Source: Nitrospirota bacterium (lineage in GTDB: Bacteria; Nitrospirota; UBA9217). From it: 64,000 bases of DNA. The notes under the pieces are model-generated. The model was given only the letters and a program-made list of their open reading frames with translations. It searched no databases and was not told the DNA's origin. This document shows, in pieces, positions 58,491-64,000 of the stretch (position 1 is the stretch's first letter; each line of letters opens with the position of its first letter). The DNA is taken from contig JAOUEV010000008.1 in assembly GCA_029858565.1 (NCBI GenBank), forward strand, positions 2,003-66,002, read 5' to 3'. A program made the translations under genes and the position numbers.

Positions 58491-60611
58491 CTACTTTTCT
58501 TTCCCGTGGTTCTGGCCGTGATGGCCCTGTTTATTTACCTGTTCCTGCATGATCTTCTGCGACAGGTGACTCGGAACATCTTCATATCCCGAGAATTCCA
58601 TGGTATACATGCCCCGGCCGCTGGTAAGGGAGTTGAGCGTGGGCGCATAGGACAGCATTTCCGCCATGGGCACCAGTGCCTTGATGGACTGGCCGTTGGC
58701 CTGGGGCGTCACGCCCTGGACCTTGCCGCGCCGCGAGTTCAGGTCGCCGATCACGGCTCCCAGGGTATCGTCAGGGGACACAACTTCCACGTTCATGATC
58801 GGCTCGAGCAGCACCGGCTTGGCTGCCTCGAGCGCCTTCTTGAATCCCATGCTCGCCGCGATCTTGAAGGACATTTCCGAGGAATCCACGGTGTGGTAGG
58901 AGCCGTCCACGACGATCGCCCGGATATCCACGAGCGGATAGCCGGCCAGAAATCCCTCGTGCATCGCCTCGACCACGCCCTTTTCCACGGCGGGAATGTA
59001 CTGCCGCGGGATCACGCCGCCGACGATCCGGTCAACGAACTCGAACCCGGTGCCGCGCGGCAGCGGTTCGATCTCGAGCCACGCGTCGCCGTACTGGCCG
59101 TGGCCTCCGGTCTGTTTCTTGTACTTGCCCTGGGCACGGGCACGGGCACGGATGGTCTCCTTGTACGGCACCTTCGGGGTCTTCATCTTCACATCCACGC
59201 CGAACTTCCGCTTGAGCTTCTCGATGGTCACTTCGATGTGCACCTGTCCCATGCCCGAGAGCACCATTTCATGGGTTTGATCGTCGTGCACGAAGCGCAG
59301 TGTCGGGTCTTCGTCAAGGATCTTATGCACCCCGGTGCTCACTTTGTCCTCGTCGCCCCGGGATTTCGGCTCGATGGCGTAGGACATGACCGGATCGGCG
59401 AACTTCGCGAATGGCAGCAGGATGGGGGCGTTCTCGGCGCAGAGCGTGTCGCCGGTAAGGGTGTCCTTCATCTTTGCAATGGCGCCTATCTGGCCGGGAC
59501 CGAGCGTCTGCGCGGCCACCTGCTTTTTCCCCTGCAGATAGAACAGGCTCCCAACTTTTTCCTTGATCTGGCGCGACGAATTGTAGATCGCCGAATCTGA
59601 CTTGAGCGTCCCGGAATAGACCCGCACAAGCGACAGTTTCCCGGCGAAAGGATCAATAATGGTCTTGAAGACCTCGGCCGCCAGCGGTTCGGTTGCCAGC
59701 GGTTTCCGGATGATCTCCGCGCCTGTTTTCGGGTCGGTCCCTTTGATCTGGACGATACCTGCACGCTCCACAGGAGACGGCAGGCACAGGAGCATCGCGT
59801 CGAGCAGCTGCTGGATGCCGACACTCTTGACCGGTGATCCGCACAACACCGGAAGGAGCCCGCCCGCGAGCGTTCCGTGCTTCAATCCCCGGACGATATC
59901 CTCGTGAGGCAGGTCGCCCTTTTCGAGATATTTTTCGAGGAGGCTGTCGTCGGTCTCGGCAATGGCTTCCACCAGCTTCTTCCGGTAGACCGCCGCGTCC
60001 TGCTGCAGGTCCGCGGGAATGTCCTTTTCCGTGAATTTGCCGCTGCCGTCGTCGGAGAAGACCACGGCCTTCATCTTGATGAGGTCCACGAAGCCCGTGA
60101 ACTTGTCCTCGAGCCCCAGGGGCAGCTGCATGACAATTGCGTTCTTGCAGAAATACTTTTCCATGTCGCCCACAGCGCGGAAAAAGTCCGCCCGCTCCTT
60201 GTCGAGCTTGCTCACAAAGGCGATGCGGGGGATCTCGTAATCGCAGGCGAACTTGTAGATCTTCTCGGTCTCGGCCTTGACACCCGAGATGGCGGAAATG
60301 ATGAGTACTGCGCCGTCAACGGCGCGGAGGGTGCCGCGGGTCTCCTCAAGGAAGTTGATGTACCCGGGCGTATCGATGAGATTGATGCGGACGCCGTTCC
60401 AGTCGGCGAACCCGACCGCCGCGGTGATCGTTATCTTTCTGGCGATCTCCTCGGGTTCATGCATGAACACCGAAGAGTCCCCGTCCACGCTTCCGGCAAC
60501 ATCCACGGCTCCTGCCGTGAAGAGAATGGCGTCGGCAAGCGAGGTCTTGCCTGCGGACCCGTGGGAGAGGATGGCAACGTTCCGGACTTCCTTGACATCA
60601 GCGTTCGGCAT
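58491..60611 (-). CDS. fusA: Elongation factor G paralogue (EF-G2 type)
   Basis: AGKTSL, DTPG, KKQTGGHGQYG, GSYHTVDSSEMSF, LLEPIM; divergent G1/G4 (HGSAGKT, SKLD). Confidence 0.85.
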   Translation of the reverse strand: MPNADVKEVRNVAILSHGSAGKTSLADAILFTAGAVDVAGSVDGDSSVFMHEPEEIARKITITAAVGFADWNGVRINLIDTPGYINFLEETRGTLRAVDGAVLIISAISGVKAETEKIYKFACDYEIPRIAFVSKLDKERADFFRAVGDMEKYFCKNAIVMQLPLGLEDKFTGFVDLIKMKAVVFSDDGSGKFTEKDIPADLQQDAAVYRKKLVEAIAETDDSLLEKYLEKGDLPHEDIVRGLKHGTLAGGLLPVLCGSPVKSVGIQQLLDAMLLCLPSPVERAGIVQIKGTDPKTGAEIIRKPLATEPLAAEVFKTIIDPFAGKLSLVRVYSGTLKSDSAIYNSSRQIKEKVGSLFYLQGKKQVAAQTLGPGQIGAIAKMKDTLTGDTLCAENAPILLPFAKFADPVMSYAIEPKSRGDEDKVSTGVHKILDEDPTLRFVHDDQTHEMVLSGMGQVHIEVTIEKLKRKFGVDVKMKTPKVPYKETIRARARAQGKYKKQTGGHGQYGDAWLEIEPLPRGTGFEFVDRIVGGVIPRQYIPAVEKGVVEAMHEGFLAGYPLVDIRAIVVDGSYHTVDSSEMSFKIAASMGFKKALEAAKPVLLEPIMNVEVVSPDDTLGAVIGDLNSRRGKVQGVTPQANGQSIKALVPMAEMLSYAPTLNSLTSGRGMYTMEFSGYEDVPSHLSQKIMQEQVNKQGHHGQNHGKEK

Positions 60612-60681
60612 AGACACTCCTTTGTACGGGAATTTTGTTCAGCGGAGACGCAATGTCCGTTGGATCGCGGCGGGTGCGGCG

Positions 60682-60948
60682 CTACCAGATGTCAGATTTG
60701 ATCTTTCCTCCCTGTTTCAGCAGGACATCGATGACGGCCTCACTGAAGAGATTGGTACTGTCGCGCAGGTTCTGCTCGACCATGCTTTCGTAGTATTTCT
60801 TCCCTTCGGCAAGCTCCTCGGACAGGACATCGAAAAGGCTGTCCTTCTCGATACCTTCCTTTACCTTTGCCTGATTGTAGAGCACTATGTCGGACAGGAT
60901 GGTCCGCGCGAGACGCCTTGCCTGGTCTTCGTTCGTGATCAATTTCAT
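60682..60948 (-). CDS. Small conserved protein, RomX-like
   Basis: 88 aa, ARRLARTILSDIVLYN..EEL.EG..KSDIW resembles my recollection of myxobacterial RomX; not verified by search. Confidence 0.55.
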   Translation of the reverse strand: MKLITNEDQARRLARTILSDIVLYNQAKVKEGIEKDSLFDVLSEELAEGKKYYESMVEQNLRDSTNLFSEAVIDVLLKQGGKIKSDIW

Positions 60949-60976
60949 GCTGGGCCGTCCTCCGCCAGTGAGCGGG

Positions 60977-61411
60977 TCATTCGCCGAGGATCTCGACGAT
61001 GACCGGCTTGTACTCCTGCGTACGCTCGACCTTCTTATTATAACCGCGAATGAAAAAAAAGGAAACCAGCAATCCCAGGGAACCGGCAATGAACGCCCAA
61101 AGGTCGGAATCCGCCGCAGCTCCGGCGCTGACCGCAAGGTTCTTGGCAATGATCGCCGCGGTAATGAACACCGCCATGGGGATCCCGTACAGGATGATGG
61201 AAGCCTTCAGGTACATCTGCGGCGCGAGCACGACCTTCACCTTCTGCCCCTTTTTCGCGCCCAGGGGATTGGACGCTTCCATGAAGGAATCCTCGCCCTC
61301 AGGATGGCAAACACCGGCTGAAGCGCATTTTTCGCAGGCGCTCTTTGCCAGCACTGCGACCTTGGCAAGGCCGCCCTGCGTCTCCATCACAATGCCTTCT
61401 TCTTCGATCAT
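60977..61411 (-). CDS. RseC/MucC (SoxR reducing system) family
   Basis: SACEKC...C, GAKKGQKV, ILYGIP; two TM helices. Confidence 0.85.
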   Translation of the reverse strand: MIEEEGIVMETQGGLAKVAVLAKSACEKCASAGVCHPEGEDSFMEASNPLGAKKGQKVKVVLAPQMYLKASIILYGIPMAVFITAAIIAKNLAVSAGAAADSDLWAFIAGSLGLLVSFFFIRGYNKKVERTQEYKPVIVEILGE

Positions 61412-61478
61412 GGGAACCTCAACGTCGTGAGGAGTGAGGGGTGAACAGTCAGGGGTGTCAGGTCTGACCCCTGACCCC

Positions 61479-63083
61479 TTACCCTTTACGGATTTTCTTC
61501 TTCGCCGTTCTCAGCAGTTTATACTCAATACTGTCCACCAACGCCTGCCAGGACGCCTCGATCACGTTCTCCGAAACACCGACAGTGCCCCATTTGGCAG
61601 ATCCGTCACCGGACTCGATCAGCACACGCACCCGCGCTGCCGTTCCCTCGGCGGCGGTCAGCACCCGCACCTTGTAATCCAGCAAGCGCATGGATTCGAG
61701 GCCTCTTCCGGGAAAGTACTTGGGCAGGACCTTGCGAAGCGCCTTGTCAAGGGCGTTCACCGGACCGTTGCCCCAGGCGGCTGTGTGTTCCACTGTCCCC
61801 TTATACTCAACGGTCACCGTGGCTTCGCTCACCGGATGCGGGTCCACCTTGCGCTTCTCGGTCAGCACGCGATAATCAATGCGGTCGAACATATTAAAGA
61901 CCGATTCGTAGCTGTGGCGCGCCCGAAGCATCAGGAGCTCCAGCGAGCCCTCGGCGCCCTCAAATTCGAAGCCTTCATTTTCCAGCTGCTTGACGCGTTT
62001 CAGGATCTCCTGAAGCTCCGGACTGTCCTTGGTCAGGCCGATCCCGAGTTCCGAGGCTTTCTGGACGATATTGCTTTTCCCTGCCAGATCGGACACAAGG
62101 ATCCTGCGCCTGTTCCCCACCTGCTCCGGCGTGATATGTTCGTAGGTAAGCGGATTCTTGACTACCGCGTCCACATGCACGCCGCCCTTGTGCGCGAAAG
62201 CGCTGTCGCCCACATAGGCCTGCCATTTCCGGTGCGGCAAGTTGGCAAGTTCGTCAACATAGCGAGAGACCTCGCGGAGCTTCCTGAGTCCCGCTTCGGA
62301 AACGCAATCGATCCCCATCTTGAGTTTGAGCGACGGGATGATGGCGCAGAGGTTGGCGTTGCCGCACCTTTCGCCATATCCGTTGATCGTACCGTGGACC
62401 TGCGTTGCGCCGAGCCGGATCGCGGTCAGCGAATTGGCAACGGCCATTTCCGCATCGTTGTGGCTATGGATGCCGAAGGGGATCTCGATGCGGCGCTTCA
62501 CCTGGGAAATGATCATTTCCAGGTCCTGCGTCAGGGTACCGCCGTTGGTATCGCACAGGACAAGGCAATCGGCTCCGCCGTCCTGGGCAGCGAGCAGTGT
62601 CTTGACCGCGTACTCGGGATTGGCCTTGTACCCGTCGAAAAAATGTTCAGCGTCGTACATGACCTCGTCCATGTGCCGTTTCAGAAACGCTACGGAATCG
62701 CGGATCAGATCAAGGTTCTCGTCAAGCGATATCCTGAGCGCCTTCTGTACATGGAAGTCCCAGGTCTTGCCAAAGATGGTGGAGACCGAGACTCCGGACG
62801 CGACCAGGGACCTGAGGTTCGGGTCCTCGGAAGCCTTCAGTTTGGCGCGCCGCGTGGCGCCAAAGGCCACGAGCTTCGCCTTCTTGAGCTTGACCCGCCG
62901 CATTTCCCGGAAGAACTCCACATCCCGGGGATTGGAGCCCGGCCACCCGCCTTCGATGTAGTGCACCCCGAACTCATCGAGCTTCCGGCAGACCCGGACC
63001 TTGTCCTCGACCGAGAAGTTCAGGTCCTCGGCCTGGGAACCATCCCGGAGGGTGGTGTCGTATATCTGTACTCGTGGTTTCAT
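61479..63083 (-). CDS. cimA: Citramalate synthase (LeuA/CimA family)
   Basis: YDTTLRDGSQ, EGGWPGSNP, TIFGKTW, YDAEHFFDG, HSHND, GERCGNANL. Confidence 0.9.
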   Translation of the reverse strand: MKPRVQIYDTTLRDGSQAEDLNFSVEDKVRVCRKLDEFGVHYIEGGWPGSNPRDVEFFREMRRVKLKKAKLVAFGATRRAKLKASEDPNLRSLVASGVSVSTIFGKTWDFHVQKALRISLDENLDLIRDSVAFLKRHMDEVMYDAEHFFDGYKANPEYAVKTLLAAQDGGADCLVLCDTNGGTLTQDLEMIISQVKRRIEIPFGIHSHNDAEMAVANSLTAIRLGATQVHGTINGYGERCGNANLCAIIPSLKLKMGIDCVSEAGLRKLREVSRYVDELANLPHRKWQAYVGDSAFAHKGGVHVDAVVKNPLTYEHITPEQVGNRRRILVSDLAGKSNIVQKASELGIGLTKDSPELQEILKRVKQLENEGFEFEGAEGSLELLMLRARHSYESVFNMFDRIDYRVLTEKRKVDPHPVSEATVTVEYKGTVEHTAAWGNGPVNALDKALRKVLPKYFPGRGLESMRLLDYKVRVLTAAEGTAARVRVLIESGDGSAKWGTVGVSENVIEASWQALVDSIEYKLLRTAKKKIRKG

Positions 63084-63212
63084 GAAGTCAGTCACTATTC
63101 CTGAATTATTTTGCGTTAACCTATTGCGGATTTCGGATTGCGGATTAAAGCCATCACGGCATATCGGATGCAGCATTTCAATCCGCAATCCGCAATCTAC
63201 AATCCGCAATCG

Positions 63213-64000
63213 TTATGCCGCTTTCTCCAGCCCGAAGGTCTCATGCAGCACCCGGACCGCGAGCTCGGTGTACTTGGCGTCGATAACGATGGAGATCTTT
63301 ATCTCCGAAGTGCTGATCATCATGATATTGATGCCTTCCTTGGCCATGGACGAGAACATCTTGGCTGCAACGCCGGAGTGAGAGCGCATGCCCACGCCGA
63401 CGATCGATATCTTGGAGATGTCTTCCTTGATATTGACGTTCTTCGCGCCGATCTCGGCAACGACCTTCTTCATGATCTCCATGGTCTTCTTCGCGTCGGT
63501 CTTGGGGACCGTGAACGACATGTCCGTGAGCCCGCCCTCGCCGATGTTCTGGATGATCATGTCCACCACCACGTTGTTGTCCGAGATGGTATTGAAGATC
63601 TTCGCCGCCACGCCCGGCTTGTCCGGCACGCCCTGCACCGTTACTTTCACCTGGTTCTTGTCGTATGCCACGCCGGACACCACTACCTTCTCCATATCCG
63701 CATCCTCCTTGGTCACCAGGGTGCCCGGATTGTCATTGAAGCTCGAGAGCACCCGCACGGGAACATTGTATTTTTTCGCGAACTCGACCGACCGGGTCTG
63801 GAGCACCTTGGCGCCCAGGCTCGCCAGTTCGAGCATTTCGTCATAGGATATCTTGTCCAGCTTCCGCGCCTGCGGCACCATGTTCGGGTCCGTGGTGTAC
63901 ACGCCGTCCACGTCCGTGTAGATGTCGCAGAAGTCCGCCTTGAGCGCCGCTGCCACGGCCACGGCCGTGAGATCGGAACCGCCCCGCCCCAGGGTCGAGA
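63213..64000 (-). CDS. lysC: Aspartate kinase, 3' part (5' end outside window)
   Basis: [36 protein letters not shown], two ACT domains. Confidence 0.93.
   Translation of the reverse strand, partial: STLGRGGSDLTAVAVAAALKADFCDIYTDVDGVYTTDPNMVPQARKLDKISYDEMLELASLGAKVLQTRSVEFAKKYNVPVRVLSSFNDNPGTLVTKEDADMEKVVVSGVAYDKNQVKVTVQGVPDKPGVAAKIFNTISDNNVVVDMIIQNIGEGGLTDMSFTVPKTDAKKTMEIMKKVVAEIGAKNVNIKEDISKISIVGVGMRSHSGVAAKMFSSMAKEGINIMMISTSEIKISIVIDAKYTELAVRVLHETFGLEKAA

Noticed and set aside
58491-60611. Divergent GTPase motifs in the EF-G gene as a novelty
   Set aside because: Consistent with the known EF-G2 paralogue class
24555-63104. Long antisense ORFs (for example 24555-25559, 34185-35672, 37803-39173, 58506-59600, 61434-63104; also 10529-11857)
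   Set aside because: Shadow frames of well-supported high-GC genes, with no motifs of their own

Overview
A high-GC bacterial chromosome segment; gene content and intergenic repeat style suggest Nitrospirota or a deltaproteobacterial-like lineage (inference, no rRNA in the window). Host genes: a PerR-like operon, phoB-phoR, msrB, two nitroreductases, a HigBA-type toxin-antitoxin pair, an alpha-amylase, pstSCAB-phoU, an arn (L-Ara4N lipid A modification) cluster with a damaged flippase gene and a low-GC insert, mtnA, gcvT, copA, rodZ, a PilF/Tgl-type TPR gene, a pfkB kinase, mtnP, hfq, miaA, terC, mutL, three M16 peptidases, dut, an EF-G paralogue, a RomX-like gene, rseC, cimA and a truncated aspartate kinase. 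The standout is an 11.8-kb Mu-like transposable element at 12606-24420. It has an exact 5-bp target-site duplication (GTAGA) whose removal rebuilds a host REP hairpin, and Mu-style ~22-bp repeated end sites. It encodes a CI-like repressor, a Ner-like protein, a MuA-like DDE transposase, GemA, Mor, a sigma-70 factor and a lone tail tape-measure protein. It has no MuB ATPase and no capsid, terminase, portal, tail tube or lysis genes. The transposase carries a C-terminal PhoB/OmpR-type winged-helix domain, and the element sits in the pstS promoter region, 21 bp from a Pho-box-like direct repeat and about 110 bp from an 11-bp-phased CTGTCG array. Working hypothesis (inference): a Pho-box-targeted, MuB-independent transposable phage satellite. 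No database searches or computations were run; start codons were refined by eye from RBS position, and GC contrasts and identities are by-eye estimates.
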